Origin: Cenococcum geophilum
Lineage: Eukaryota
Assembly (NCBI GenBank): GCA_050273025.1
Contig: CP158636.1
Span: forward strand, 12,338,001-12,402,000
Reading direction: 5' to 3'
DNA: 64,000 nucleotides
The translations under genes and the position numbers were made by a program. This document shows positions 12,383 through 26,400 of the stretch, one piece after another (the first letter of the stretch is position 1; the number at the start of each line of letters is the position of its first letter). Under the pieces are notes generated by a model, which ran no database searches, had not been told where the DNA came from, and saw only the letters and a list, made by a program, of their open reading frames with translations.

Positions 12383-13478
12383 TTTTGGATATCTTATAAC
12401 GGGTTATTAGCCCGAGTACCAGTCTGCCCCCTAGTAGTCTATATAAGAGTCTTCTCCTAGAGTTGGTACGTTTTCGCATAGCTTGGGAGCCTTTTATAGC
12501 CTCTGGTTTTACGCCTTTTCTATTATTTCCGCCGGTATAGGCATAAGCTGCCATTTTCAGGGGTTGTAACTCCCATCTTACGCGCCTACTGGCGTAATCC
12601 TGCAAAGGCGTTATGGCTGCATCCTGCAATGCAGACTTAGGCGCACTTTCTATAGTTAGGCCTAGCTAAAACCTTCCTGCCTAAGCAACTCCTATTTACT
12701 CCTTAAGTATATCTCGCTAGCGTACTGCCCTAGAGACGAACGGTTCCGTCTATTGATATACCGACACGCGCATCCGTTTTTTTAAGCCACGTAATAGTTT
12801 CTCTGGCTAGGACGTGATCCTACCTACCTACTAGGTGCACTAAGGGTCAGAGCCCAGCTAAGGGGTAAGGTCTTTAGAGCCAGCAGTAGCTACTACATAC
12901 TATGCCCTGTGGGAGGTTCCCGTTTCGCGTTGCCTATAAGAGTCTCTTTATAATAAGCCGACCGTGTCTTGCAGGAGAGGGGCCGTAGAGATACTAGGTC
13001 CCGTACCAGATGACCTGCTCTCCCCTCTCCTACTAACTAAGCTTGTGTCCCCCCCTTTTATAAGCTAGCCTGTGTCTCTAACTATCAAGACCTTATCCGA
13101 CTGGCCTGTGTTTCCCCTATAGCCTCCCCCATATATATGCATTAGGTTGCGTGCACCACGCCTATTAAGACCCTCCTGTGAGTCGCCTTATACATATACG
13201 CACTAGGTTGCGTACACCACGCCTATTAAGACCCTCCTATGAGTCACCTATGAGTCGACTGAGTCGTACGCCATGGGGCTGTCGAAGCTGGCCTGTGTTT
13301 CCGCTGCCTAGAGCTTTGCCCGTGTTTCCACCTCGTTGAGCCGTCTGGTCGCCGTCGCGTCGCCGTCACATCGCTGTCGCTGTACTAGGTCGCGCGCACT
13401 ACGCCTATTAAGACCCTCTTCTAAGTCACCTAAGTGTACCGGATACCAGATAGGCCCTTATAGAGGGGCCTTAACGAG

Positions 13479-16400
13479 TAGCTATATATATACTTAGCAT
13501 TTCTATACTATTGCTTATCTAACGCCTAATATATCCTTACTAGATACTTCTAATTCTTTTTTTTTTACATTCTTATATATATTATATATAATGCGCTAGG
13601 TGCTTTAGGTTAACTCTTAGTTCGTTTTTATCCTTAAGTTTAAACCTTTACCCAGTTAATCTAAATATTAACTTCTTATTTACTAGTACTAAAACCTATT
13701 TTTTGCGTCTCTAGTCTTTTAATCGTTCTTCTAGATTTTTAAACGTTATAATTAATGCTCCTTTAATGTAACTTATGTGTCTTTTAGTTAATGCTTAGTT
13801 TTAGACAACTCTTTTATCTAGCCATATATAGAAATCTTCCTATTTATCGTTATATCGCTACCGATACTACTTTTAGTACAGCTCCGTAAGCGTATATAAT
13901 CTATTTATAAGGAAATATCTTATTATTACTACGTCGTAACAGCCTTATATATGCTGTTCTTTAAACCTAGTTAGAATTACCAAATTCTCTTCTTATTCCA
14001 GTTCTTTAAGCTACTTTACTCTTAACATGCCTGCCTTAGACCTATTAGTAATCTTATATAAGGGTACTCTATCCCTTAGTCTACTCGGCATTCTTAATCT
14101 ATAGTAACCCTTTTACCTTTGCTATCCTTTAATATAATTCTTAAATTATATCTAGTTTTCTCCTAGTTTATATCTAGCCATTAAATCCTCTAAATCCTTA
14201 ATCTTTATAATTTTAGTATTAACTATTTAACTCCAGGACTAAACACTTTATTTACCTTTTATTCTCTAGCACTCTATATACGGAGATTTATTTATATCCT
14301 ACTATTCTAGCTTAAATCCATAGGTATCTAGAAACCATTATCCCGCACTTATTTACTTATTTTTAAATTAAGCTTTTCTATTAGTTTGCTACCCTACTTC
14401 TCTTACATTTTATAAAGTAATAGACACTATATCTAATAAAGTCTTAATTTCTATTATTAATCTGTTTTCTATAGTGGATTTAACCTCTACTTCTATTATA
14501 GCGTCCATAAGGTCTATATACTCCTAATAAGTCGCCTTTATTACCTTATTAAAGCTACTAATAGTTTAATTATCTTAATTTTTTAATTTTATTGCCTTTT
14601 AGTGTAACTGGTATGTAAGAACTTTCTCTATTAACTGCTAGCTAGCTATACTGTCCTAGTCCTAATCCGGTTTATAGAGTTAATTTTTATGTTTATTTAA
14701 CTCTTATATGCCCTAGAGTCCTCTTAACTTAGGCTCTTATAGCTAATAGCTTGCGCTATACTTAGCGTCTTTATAAACTTAATATACGTTATTATAATAA
14801 AAAGTAAAGCTTTTAATTAAATACTCTTTATTCCTCGTAGCATATTATCGTCCCTCTATATATATATATATCGTTTACTAGTCTAGTTCCCTTTACCGTA
14901 TAGCTACCTTAATTACCACTATAGTCCTTAGCAAAACAATCCTACCTTCCGCAGTTTATATAACCCCTTTATTTATACTACTTTTCTTACTATAGAGTCC
15001 GCCTAAACATCTACTGCTATTAAAATTCCTGGTTTAGCCTATACTCTATAGACCTTTAATTACTTAATCCTTATTCTCTAGGCTTTTATAGTTTCTTATT
15101 TTATTATCTTAGTTCTTTAATACCGCTTAGGTTAATTAGCTCTACGCTATACTATAGTTTAGATATCTATTACGTCTTTCTAGTATATATTGGTCTTATA
15201 TATATTCTCCCTAACTTCTCACTTTAGTATAAGTGGTTGTCTACCTTAATAGCTTGTTTAATTAACTCCTTTATATTAGTTAAGTCCTCTATTAGTATTA
15301 TAGTAGTTTAAACTTTAGTCTTTAGCCCGCTTCTATACTAAGCTATAAGTATTTAAAACTGCGTTATATAGTCTATTACTAACCCTTCCTATATAAGCTA
15401 ATATAGCTTTTCTTTAGCTATAGCTACTAATTTCGGATCTCTATATATCTACGTTAGTTTACTAGTAAATTCTTTCTAGCTTTAGAATATATACCATACT
15501 TCTAAGTTAGTAGTCGTTATCCTATTTACTTATATCTCCATAAAATAGAGTTTAAACTACTTTAGTACCTAACCTATTAAAAACAATCCTATATACACCA
15601 CTTAATTTCTTATAAGTTTTAGCTTACTTCCCTTATACTACATCTTTAACTACATTTGCGTAAGAAATCCCTTTAGTTTATACTTCTTACCTAAATTTTT
15701 TTAATTAATGGCATCTTAATCTTTTCTTTCTTAATATCTTGCAGCTACTATAGCAATGTTTAATTATTAGCATAATTTTGCTTAACTACACTTTTAAGTT
15801 AGTTTATCATTACTACTTATAAGTCGTTATTATATATACTAGTATTTCCTTCTAACCTTAAGGTACTTACTACTGTAGATAGCGTTATAGTTGCTTATTT
15901 AGTGTTACGGATCGACTAAGTAGTTATAAATAAGCTTAATTGCTAGCTATTAACCGTGCTAAGTATATTAACGCGTAATAGATTAAGACGTTTAATAAGG
16001 AAACAGAAACGGGTTTAGGTTAACGTAGTTAAAATATAAGGGCTTATTATAGTACGTGCGTAGGTATTACAGGACGGTCCTATAATAGTACCCCCCTCTT
16101 AAACTCGAGCTCCTACGAGACGTATACAGGGAGGGTAGGTAAGTAAAGATATTTAGCCTTACTCTAGCGCTCCTACGTTATTCGCCTAAGCTAGCTCCTC
16201 CAGTTTAGACCTTCCTTACTTAATTATTAGCTACTAGCTTATAAGGCCCAAAGCATAGCCTAGCTCTACGTTGCTAGACTTCGCTATAGTCCTTACTACT
16301 AGGAGTTACTATATACTAGAGCTCCTATAGCTACCTTACTCGCTTTTAGCAGCTCTATGGCTTCCTATTACCTATACTAGGTCCCCTAAAAAATTATTCT

Positions 16401-17831
16401 AATTTCCGGTCTAGAATAGGCGTTTTAGGTAGTATTTAGAGCAGTATAGGGCAGTATAGTACAGTACAGTACTTATAGTTATAGTTATATAGCAGTACGG
16501 TGCTAGTATAGGGTTAGTTCCGTAAGCAAATCAGTATAAGGTCTTATTAGTAGCAATATAGTATAAGCGATAGGGTTAGCTTATAGGCGTATTAGCATAA
16601 GGCTTGTCAGTTTAGGGTAGTAGTATAGTACTAGCAACAGGGATGTACGGCTTAAGATAATCTAGGTATTAGATACGAATAGCTTTGGTAGTAGTAGTAT
16701 AATGCTAGCAATAGGGTTAGGCGGCTTAGGTTAATTTAGATATTAGATATAAAGAACTTCGGCAGTAGGTTTAGAGTAGTAATATAGTACTAGTAATAGG
16801 GTTATCTTATAGGCGTATTAATATAAGGTCTTATTAGATACAGAGCAGTAAGGTATAAGCTCCGGTAAAATAATAGTACAATACTAGCGACAGGGTTAGG
16901 GTCGTTATATAATAGGGTGCAAGCTATTATTATACAGTAGAATATAAGCTATTAGGTTAAACTGGAGGGTAAATACCCGCGTTACCCTTCCTATTATATT
17001 AGTAAATAGTACCGATATTACTTTTAACCTCGCAGCTAGCGGCAGTATGGCTATCCACTATGCAGACGTTATAATGCGGCCGTAGTACTGCAGCCCGCGA
17101 CTAGTCTGGCAATATAATACTAGTAGGTAGGGGGCTAAACGTAGTATTATAAATTAACTAAGCAGTTACAAATAAGCTTAATTACTAGCTATTAACCGTA
17201 CTAAGTATATTAACGTATAATAGATTAAGACGTTTAATAGATTAAGACGTTTAATAAGGAAACAGAAACGGGTTTAGGTTAACGTAGTTAAGATATAGGG
17301 GCTTATTATAGTGCGTGCGTAGGTGTTACGGAACAGTTCTATAATATTTAGGTAGCATATTACTTAACTTCCTTTACTATAATCTTAGTAGTAAATATAT
17401 AGTAAATATATAGTAAAGCCTTATAGAAAATACTATAATAGACTTATTATTAGGCCAGGTATATAGGTATAAAATAGTTAATAATATAAATATAACTGGT
17501 AGAGTAGGTTGCTTAATAGATTAACTTTAATTATATTTTAAGATTTATTATAAAGAAGAGAACTATCTAGATAGAGACTGCGGTCCTTTAAATATATAAT
17601 ACTACGCCTAAGAAATATACTAGGTATATTAGTACGTTAGTACGTTAATATATCCCACGTTACTACATTCCTATATTTCTATATTCCGAACTTATAACAT
17701 AACTAACTGCGTAACTCAAGTACTTCTTATTCTATAGCTTAATCGGTTTTAGCGCCTCCTATACTATCTTAATTAACCCGTTTATATATCTTTTTAGTAG
17801 TTATACTACTACTAATATAAGGTCCGTAATA
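13479..17831 (-). mobile_element. 3'-truncated Ty3/Gypsy element (5' LTR + gag + post-gag region), same family as 20420-28166
   Basis: 13479-15902 is the reverse complement of ~20900-23450; LTR at 17409-17831 is the reverse complement of 27745-28166; no pol or second LTR seen. Confidence 0.88.
15903..17346 (-). mobile_element. Small non-autonomous LTR element (TRIM-like), RIPped, inserted in the Gypsy leader/gag start
   Basis: LTRs 15903-16087 (185 bp) and 17145-17346 (202 bp, with a 17-bp internal duplication); TSD TTTAG at 15898-15902 and 17347-17351; polypurine tract on minus at 16088-16100; ~1.06-kb internal region with no pol motifs. Confidence 0.9.
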
Positions 17832-18600
17832 TGCTTAAAGTAGGTTTTTATATAGTACTTTAGTTATATAACTATAACTATATACTAAGTTTTACCGCAA
17901 TCTACCGTTTTCTGCCGGTATTATAATACCCTAAGGTATATCCCTTATTTAGAGTATAGGCCTATATAGTACTATAATCTCGCTAGTAAGCCAAAATATA
18001 TAATTAAACTAAGGAATAAGACCCTATATTTAAACTCCTATTTAAACCTATATCCTAAATCTTAAATCTATCCTATAACCATAATATTAAAAGTACTGCT
18101 AATTATAAAAAGGTATAAATAGTTAGTTTTTCTCTCTGTAATTATATCTATATTAAAGTAGTATTTTATTTATATACAAATTAACGTTTTATTAAACTTA
18201 TAAATTTTTTTACTTATAATATATCCTATTATATAGTACAATTTCTTATACTTTTTATATATATATATGCCTCTTAAGCCAATTTAAAGGCTCTATACTA
18301 TATATAGCTTAATATTAAAGCCTTGGTAATTAGGATTACTTAATAGTAGGGTTATAGGTACCTTATCTGTGCCTTTAATGCTTAAATATTATAATAAACA
18401 GCAGTAATATAGCTAGGAAGCCTATATAAAATATTTAGTAATATAGTTAAATAAAAAGCTTTAATATTATTACTAAATATTTAATTAAACCCCTAGTAAG
18501 ATATTGTTATTATACCGCCCAAAAAACACTATATATCTTTAGCTTTAAAAGCCCTTAGGCTTATAAAGCATTTAAAGGCACCTTAAGTATAGGAGTCTTA

Positions 18601-20102
18601 CGTCAGCAAAACGGGGAGTGGCGTAGGAAATTTAGTTTCGCTAAAGTATTTTTAAGGCCTAGGCTAGCTTTTTACCATAGTAGCTAAACCCTTAAGCTCT
18701 ATACTAGCTTTTCGCTATATTAGCTAAACCCTATAGCTATACGCTAGCTTTTCGCTATATTAGCTAAACCCTATAGCTATACGCTAGCTTTTCGCCATAT
18801 TAGCTAAACCCTATAGCTATACGCTAGCACTACGCTAGCTAAAAGAGTAATAAGTAGGCTTTTAGTAGGCTCCTAGTAGGCTTTCTAATAGGCTCCGACT
18901 TTAATTTTCCTAGTTATTTTAATCATCCTAACAGCGCTCCTAGCCTATAGTATTGGGTCCCCACTATATTTCTAATAGCCTCTATGTATCTTTATATACC
19001 CCTTATATACCTAAATACTACCTTATTTTCTACTCTTCCTTTCTTACATCCTCTCTACTTAGGGAGGGCTGTGGCTAAAACTAGACAACCGTCGTTAGAA
19101 TTAGACAACCGTAGTTAGAACTAGACGATCGTTATTAGAATTAAATAACCGTAGTTAGAACCAGATAACCGTGGTTAAAACTAGACAACCATAGTTAGAA
19201 TTAAACAACTATAGTTAGAACTAGATAACCGTTATTAAAACTAGATAACCGTTATTAAAACTAGATAACCGTTATTAAAACTAGATAACCGTTATTAGGA
19301 CTAGATAACCATTATTAGAACAAACGTTATTAGGACTAGACAACCATCGCTAAAACTAGACGGCCGTTGCTAGAATTAGACGGCCATCACTAGAACTAGA
19401 CAACTATTGCTAGAACTAGACGACCATTATTAGGACTAGATAACCGTCGCTAAAACTAGACAACAATTATTTAAACAATTAGTCAGCAACACTATAAATA
19501 ATTTAATCAATCGACTAAATCAAACTAGAGCCTCGATATTAGCCCGCTACTAAATTAAATTAAATTAGATATTATAGATAGATATAAACAATAGGCATAG
19601 ATAGGTAGGCATAGACAGGTAGGTATAGATAGGTAGGTATAGGTAGGCAGGTAGGTAGGTAGGTAGTAGTAAGTAGGTAGGTAGGTAGGTAGGTAGATAG
19701 GTAGGTAGGCAGGTAAACGGGTAGGCAGGTACTAGGCCTAGTTAAGAAATTAGTATACGGCTAGTAGATTATTAGAAATATCGCCAATTAACGATTTAGA
19801 GCCTCTGTAAGAGGCTTCCTACTTATTTTAATTAATTGCTTAATACCTAAATTTTAAAATTTAAAATTTACTATTATTTTTATATAAATATTGCAGTTAC
19901 AGGAAATATTATAACTATTATAGTAAAAAGATATATTATAATTTTTAAAATTAATATTATTAAAATTATTAATATTGCTAATATTGCTAATAGGGCCTAG
20001 GGCTAGCGTAAAGAAGTATATATAAGTAGATTAGCGGATCTAGCTAAAATTACCCTAGGATAGCCCCTAGCTAGCCCCTACTACTCTTCCGTTTTCCTAA
20101 CG
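18601..20102. mobile_element. Non-autonomous TIR element sharing internal modules with the 6938 and 48635 elements (inverted)
   Basis: Imperfect TIRs CGTCAGCAAAACGGGGAGTGG / reverse complement CGTTAGGAAAACGGAAGAGTAG, flanked by TA on both sides; contains the reverse complement of the 20-bp array, of the spacer (TATTGGGTCCCCACTATAT ~18951) and a GTAG/ATAG array; private 40-bp array at ~18670-18840. Confidence 0.75.
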
Positions 20103-20419
20103 TATTTATAATCCTTTTAAGTAACATAGTATATATATAATAGCTTAGTAGTTGTTATTATACATTCTCTAGAGGCTTTAGTAGCTCCAGTACTTATATA
20201 GTAGGTAGTAGTGCTAAGTAAAGATATTTAAAAGAAGGGTTAGTTAAGTACTTAGGTAAAGAATATTAAAAATAAAGTAGGAACTATTTTTATAGCCTTT
20301 AATACAAATATTAAGAATAAGGTAAATAAGGTGTATAAGACTAAATTATTAAAGCTATTAACTAAAAAAGTTATAATAACGTACCTTTCTACTGTTTTTA
20401 CTATATAAAAGCATATAAC

Positions 20420-23400
20420 TATTACGGACCTTATATTGGCAGTAGTAGCACTACTAAGGAGAGATATAAACGGGTTAGTTAAGATAGTATAGAAGACACT
20501 AGAACTAATTAAGCTATAAGATATAAGTTTAGAATATAGAAACGTAGGAACGTAGAAATGCAATATACTAACGTACTAATATACTTAGTACATTTCTTAG
20601 GCGTAGTATTATATATTTAAAGGACCTTAGTCTCTACCTAGATAGTTCTCTTTTTTATAGTAAATCTTAGAATATAATTAAAGTTAATCTATTAGGTAAC
20701 CTACTCTACTAGTTATATTTATATTGTTAACTATTCCTTAACCTATATACCTAGCTTATTAATAAGTATATTGTAGTATTTCCTATAAGGCTTCGTTATA
20801 TATTTACTACTAGGGTTATAGTAAATGAAGTTAAGTAATATACCACCTAAGTAAGTAACTATAACATTATCTACGGCAGTAACTACTTTAGGATTAGGTG
20901 GAAATACTAGCATATATAATAACAACTTTTAAGTGGTTACGATAAACTAGCTTAGGAGTATTATAGAATAAAATAATACTAATAATTAGGCACTACTCCT
21001 ATAGCTTTAAGACGTAAAGAGAGAAAAGATTAAGATACTATTAATTAAAAGATTTTTAGGAGAAAAGTATAAGCTAAAGGGGTTCCTTATATAGATAAAA
21101 TTAAGGATCTAATATAAAGAAATAAAGTTAGAATAGGTAGTGGATTAAGTAGTATATATAGGATTATTCTTAACGGGTTAGGTACTAGAGTAGTTTAAAC
21201 TTTATCTTATAAAGATATAAGCTAATAGAACAGTAACCACTAACTTAGAAGCGCAGTATATATTCTTTAGCTAGGAAGGATTTACTAGTAGGCTTACGCA
21301 GATATACAGAGATCTGGGATTAATAGTAATAGCTAAAGAAAAGTTATACTAGCTTATGTAAAAGGGATTAGCTATAGACTATATAACGTAGTTTTAAATA
21401 CTAATAGTATAGACTAAGTAGAACTAAGTGGCGTTAATAGTACAATATAGATAAGGTCTAAAGGCTAAAGTTTAAGTAACTATAATACTAATAGATAATC
21501 TAAGCGATATAAGAGAGCTTATAGAGTAAGCTATTAAAGTGGATAACCAGCTATACTAAAGAGAAAGAATGAGTAGAATATAGTAGGGACCAATATATAC
21601 AAAAAAGACGCAATAGGTATCTAAACTATAGTATATTTAGCGCAAAGCTAATAGACCTAAGCGGTACTAAAGAAAATAAAAATAGATAACTATAGAAACC
21701 TAGAGGATAAGGATTAAGTAATTAAAGGTCTAAAAAGTAGAGGGCCGAACTAGGGATCTTAATAGTAGAAGATGTTTAGGCAGACTTTATAGTAAAAAAG
21801 TGGTATAAAAATAGAGCTTATATAAACTGTAGAAAATAAAATTATTTCGCTAAAGACTATAGAGGTAGTTAGAGTAACTACGTAGTAAAAGGAATAAGAC
21901 TAGTAGATGGTATATATATAGAGGGATAATAATACACTGCGAGAAACTAAAGAGTATTTAATTAAGAGTTTCGCGTTTTGTTATAATAACGTATGCTAAG
22001 TTTATAAGGACGCTAAGTACAGCGTAAGCTATTAGCTATAAGAGCCTAAGTTAAAAAAAACTCTAGGGTATAAAAGAGTTAGATAAAGAACTAGATTAAC
22101 CCTATAAACTAGATTAGGACTAGGACGGTATAGTAAGCTAGTAGTTAGCGGAGAAGTTTCTTACGCACTAGTTTTATTTAGCAATAGGATTTAAGATTTA
22201 AGATAATTAGATTATTAGTAGCAATAATAAGACAGTAAAGGTAGCTTACTAGAAGTATATAGACCTTAAAAATGTAATAATAGAGGTAGAGGTTAAATCT
22301 ATTATAAAGGAAGGATTAGTAATAGGGATTAAGACTCTATTAGATATAATATCTATCGCTTCGCAAGATATAAGAGAAGTAGGATAGTAAGTTACTTTAG
22401 CACTTAATAAAGGCAAAAGGCTAAAGGCTTAAAATTCTTAAGACGAGATAAAAAACGCTTAAGATTCCTAGGATAGGATAAGATAAGCTTAAGAACTTAT
22501 AATAGATAAAAACTAATAGAGTAGAGTAGTAATTTAGTTTAACGATAAATAAATAAGCATGGGATAATAATTCCCTATAATACTAAAGCCAAAAGAGTTT
22601 AGATGGACTAGAGTAGGAGTATAGCTTAAGAAAGAAGTAGGCTTAGGGTTAGAAACACCTATAGTAGGTAAATAAGATATTTAGCCTTAAGGTTAAATAA
22701 TTAATATAGAAGTTATAAGATTTTAGGATCTAGAGGATCTAATAGCTAGATATAAACTAGGAGAAGACTAAAAAGGATTTAAGAATTAAATTAAAGCGTG
22801 GTAGGAGTAAAGAGGTTACTGCGGATTAAAGACGCTAGGTAAGCCGAAAATAGCCTTAAGGAAGATTACTAATAGGCCTAAAATAGGTACGCTAAGAGTA
22901 AAATAGCTTAAAGAACTAAAAGAAGAAGAAAACCTAGAAGTTTTAACTAGATTTATAAAAAGGTACATAAAGGGCTATTATAAAGTAGTAATAATAAGAT
23001 ATTTCTTAACGGATAAATTGTATATACTTATAGAGCTATACTAAAATAGTATAGGCAGCAATATAATAATAGTTAAGAAGACTTTTACCTATAGCTAAAC
23101 TAGAGAGTTGTCTATAACTAAGCAATTATAAAGAAACACATAAGTTATATTAAAGAAGCATTAATTATAACGTCTAAAAATCTAGAAGATAGATTAGAGG
23201 ACTAGAGATAAAAAAGATAGATCTTAATACCTATAAATAAGAAACTAACGTTTAGATTAACTAAATAAAGGTTTAAACTTAAGAATAAAGATAAGCTAAG
23301 AGTTAACCTAAAGCACCTAGCGTATTATATACATAGATAATATATACGACATATATAAGAACCTAAAGAAAAAGAATTAGAGGTATCTAATTAGAATATA

Positions 23401-26400
23401 TTAGGCGTTAGATAAGCAATAGTATAGAAATACTAAGTATATATATAGCTGGCATTGAGTAGAAGTTTAGGAGTTAGATAACTTAATACTTTAACTAAAA
23501 AGATTTCTTATAAAAAAATACTTAAATAGATAATAGTAGTGGGAATGCCTAGAAAATATATATCTATAGTATATTAAGGATAAAAAACAAACTAGATATT
23601 AGCTAAAGAATAAGCTAAGTATATAAGGATCTAGCAGCTAATAGTTAGGAAAATTAAAGGCCTATAGAACTAAAGGGAGCTAGTAGTAGAGCCTTAGACC
23701 CTTAAAGGAATTTATAGACAATACCTAAATTTGTAAGTTAATTGGTAAGATTAATAGTTTAAAATATTAATAGGTAGTGGAGTAATAAAAAACTATATCT
23801 TACTAGTAGTAGTAAAAAGGATAGGGCTACTGCATAAATAAAAGAAGTACCCTTATTTATTAGTTATAATTTTAGGAGATCCAATAGCCTATAAAAGAGG
23901 CATTATTAACCTTAAAATAGGACCTATTTAGATAACTATTAAAGGGAGATAGATTAAGATATCTTTTAATATCCTACTATTGGGACGGAATAAGGCAGTA
24001 TTAGATATACCTTAGTTATAGAAATATAATTTAAAGATTAGTTAGGTTACAGGATAGGTTAATATTAGAGATACTTAAAAATATAAAAGGCATATAGCTA
24101 CTAAGTTAGTATAGTACTAGGTTAGAGCAACCTATAAAAAAAACTAAAAAAGGGTTAAGCTATATACTAAAAAGATACTATAAGTATAGTAAAAAATTAT
24201 AGAGCTTAAAGAGCGAGAAGTTATTAGAGTATATAGTATAGGACTATAAAATAAAATTAAAACTAGGAATAAGTCCAAAGTTCTTTCCAATTTATAAGCT
24301 AACTAAAGAAGAGTTAAGAGCACTTAAGGAGTTTATCTAAGAAAACCTATAAAAGGGATATATTAGACTATTATAATTATCGGTAGGATATTTAGTACTA
24401 TTTATACTAAAGAAAAATGGGAAACTTAGACTATATATTAACTATAAACAGTTAAATAGTATTACTAGAAAGGATAGATGTCCTTTACCCTTAATTAGTA
24501 AGATTTAAGATAGAATAAGTAATATATACATCTTTATAAAGATATACTAAAATAGGCGTATTATTAGATTAGGATTAAGGAAGGTAATAAATAAAAGGCA
24601 GCCTTTAGGTTAAAGGAAGAACTATATAAACCACTAGTTATACAATTTAGGCTTATAAACGTACTAGTAATGTTTTAAAAGCGAATTAATAATATATTAG
24701 GAGAATACTTAGATAAATTTATTATAGTATACCTTAATAATATTATTATCTACTTAATAAGTGAGGAAGAATATAGAGAATACGTTAAATAGGTCTTAAA
24801 GAGACTATAGACAAAATAAATGCTAGTAGCAATTAAGAAATATAAGTTCTTTACTAGGAAAACTAATTTTATAAAATTTATTATTAAACTAGGTTATATT
24901 AGTATAGACCTAAAGAAGATAGAAGCTATAGTAAGTTAGTAAAAACTAGAGAATATAATATAGTTAAGGTTATTCCTAGGGATTTATAACTACTATAGAA
25001 AGTTTATAGCATAGTAGTTAAAGAATATTAAACTATATATAAGGCTTATAAAGAAAGAGGAACTATAGGTATAGGGAAGTAAGCAAAAAAAGTTATTCTA
25101 AAAACTTAAGAAGTTATTTACCTAAGAACTAATCCTTAAAATCTACCAACTAAGGCTAAAGACGGTTATAGAAATAGACGTATTAGACTTTATACTAAGA
25201 GTATACTTACTATAGAAGTATAGGAATGCATAGCATCTAGTAATATACTATAGTCGGAAAATAACACTACTAGAGTTAAACTATAATATTTACAATAAGG
25301 AGTTATTAGGTATAGTTATAGTACTTAAGGAATAGAAAGCATTCTTACAAAGTATAGAAAAATATTTATAGTTAAGATAGATTATAAGAACCTAGTAGGG
25401 TTCCTAACGACAAAAGAACTTAACTAGAGATAAGTTAAATAGGTAGAGATGCTTATAGAATACTATTTCGAGATTTAGTATACTAAAGGAATAAAAAATA
25501 TAAGAGCTAACGTACTAAGTAAAAAAGCTAAACTATAAAATAATAAGAAGCCACTAGGAGCAATACTACGTAAAAATAAGAACGGATTAATTAGATATAA
25601 TTAATTAAAGCTAATAGCGACTTATAAATTACTAAAAAGTAATTGGATTAAAAAAATCTAAGAAGCATAAAATAAGGATGCAGACTTAGAGTAGTATAAA
25701 AATTAAAAAGTAACATATATGCCTAAGTTAATTGCAAAAGAGTTTGTTAAAGAATTCTATTAGGGAATAATATAAGGGCATAATAGAGCCACGGGCTTAG
25801 TGTTAAGACTCTAAAAAAGTACATTGTTAATAAAATCCAGGGCTTAGCAAGAAAAGTTATAAAAAAGTATTTAGGTTACTAAAGGAATAAACTAATAAGG
25901 TATAAACTATATAAACTATATAGAAAGCTATAGCCTATTAAGATACTAGAAAGATTATAAAAAGTTATATTATAGAACTTTATTATAAAGTTGCTAAAGT
26001 TAAAAGATCCTATTCCTAAATAGGAGTACGATGTAATCCTTATAATAGTAAATGAGTTGGTTAAATAGGGCTACTTTATAGTATATATAGAAGAAATCTT
26101 AATAGACGATATTACTAGAATTTATATAAAAGAAGTGTTTATAAGGTATGGAGTACTAAATAAAATTATATTAGATAGGGATCTAAGATTTATAGCAGTA
26201 TTTTAGGAGGTATTCTTAGCGGAACAAGGGGTTTGCGTAGTAACGTTAATAGTATATTATCTATAAACGGAGGGATAAACAGAAAGATTAAATTAGATAC
26301 TAGAGCAGTATCTAAGGCATTATATTAATTATATATAGAATAATTGGATATTATTATTACTAGTTATATAGTTTATATATAATATAACACTATAGAAAGG

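Larger units (their letters stand above)
1..12400 (-). mobile_element. Tad1-like non-LTR retrotransposon (LINE), RIP-degenerate, split into three pieces (1-494, 6799-6937, 9367-12400) by two insertions
   Basis: Minus-strand de-RIPped motifs: APE endonuclease ILLGDMNLHHPRWG (~11955-11990), STIDL (~11820), SDHIPI (~11735); RT motifs APGPDGI (~10970), KADYSIPGSYRPIALENTLSKILER (~10760-10840), SLDISGAYDNVP (~10560-10590), IPQGSPLSPILF (~10385-10415), GFVDDT (~10310); C-terminal C-x-CGWPKQTPKH zinc finger (~410-450). The reading continues across the Copia TSD junction (GMIGLKDWLY). Confidence 0.85.

Noticed and set aside
490..17351. Identical TTTAG TSD for the Copia and the RIPped TRIM as a target preference
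   Set aside because: Only two cases in very AT-rich DNA where RIP collapses several pentamers to TTTAG; the other TSDs (ATAAC, ATACT, ACTAT, ATTAC) differ.
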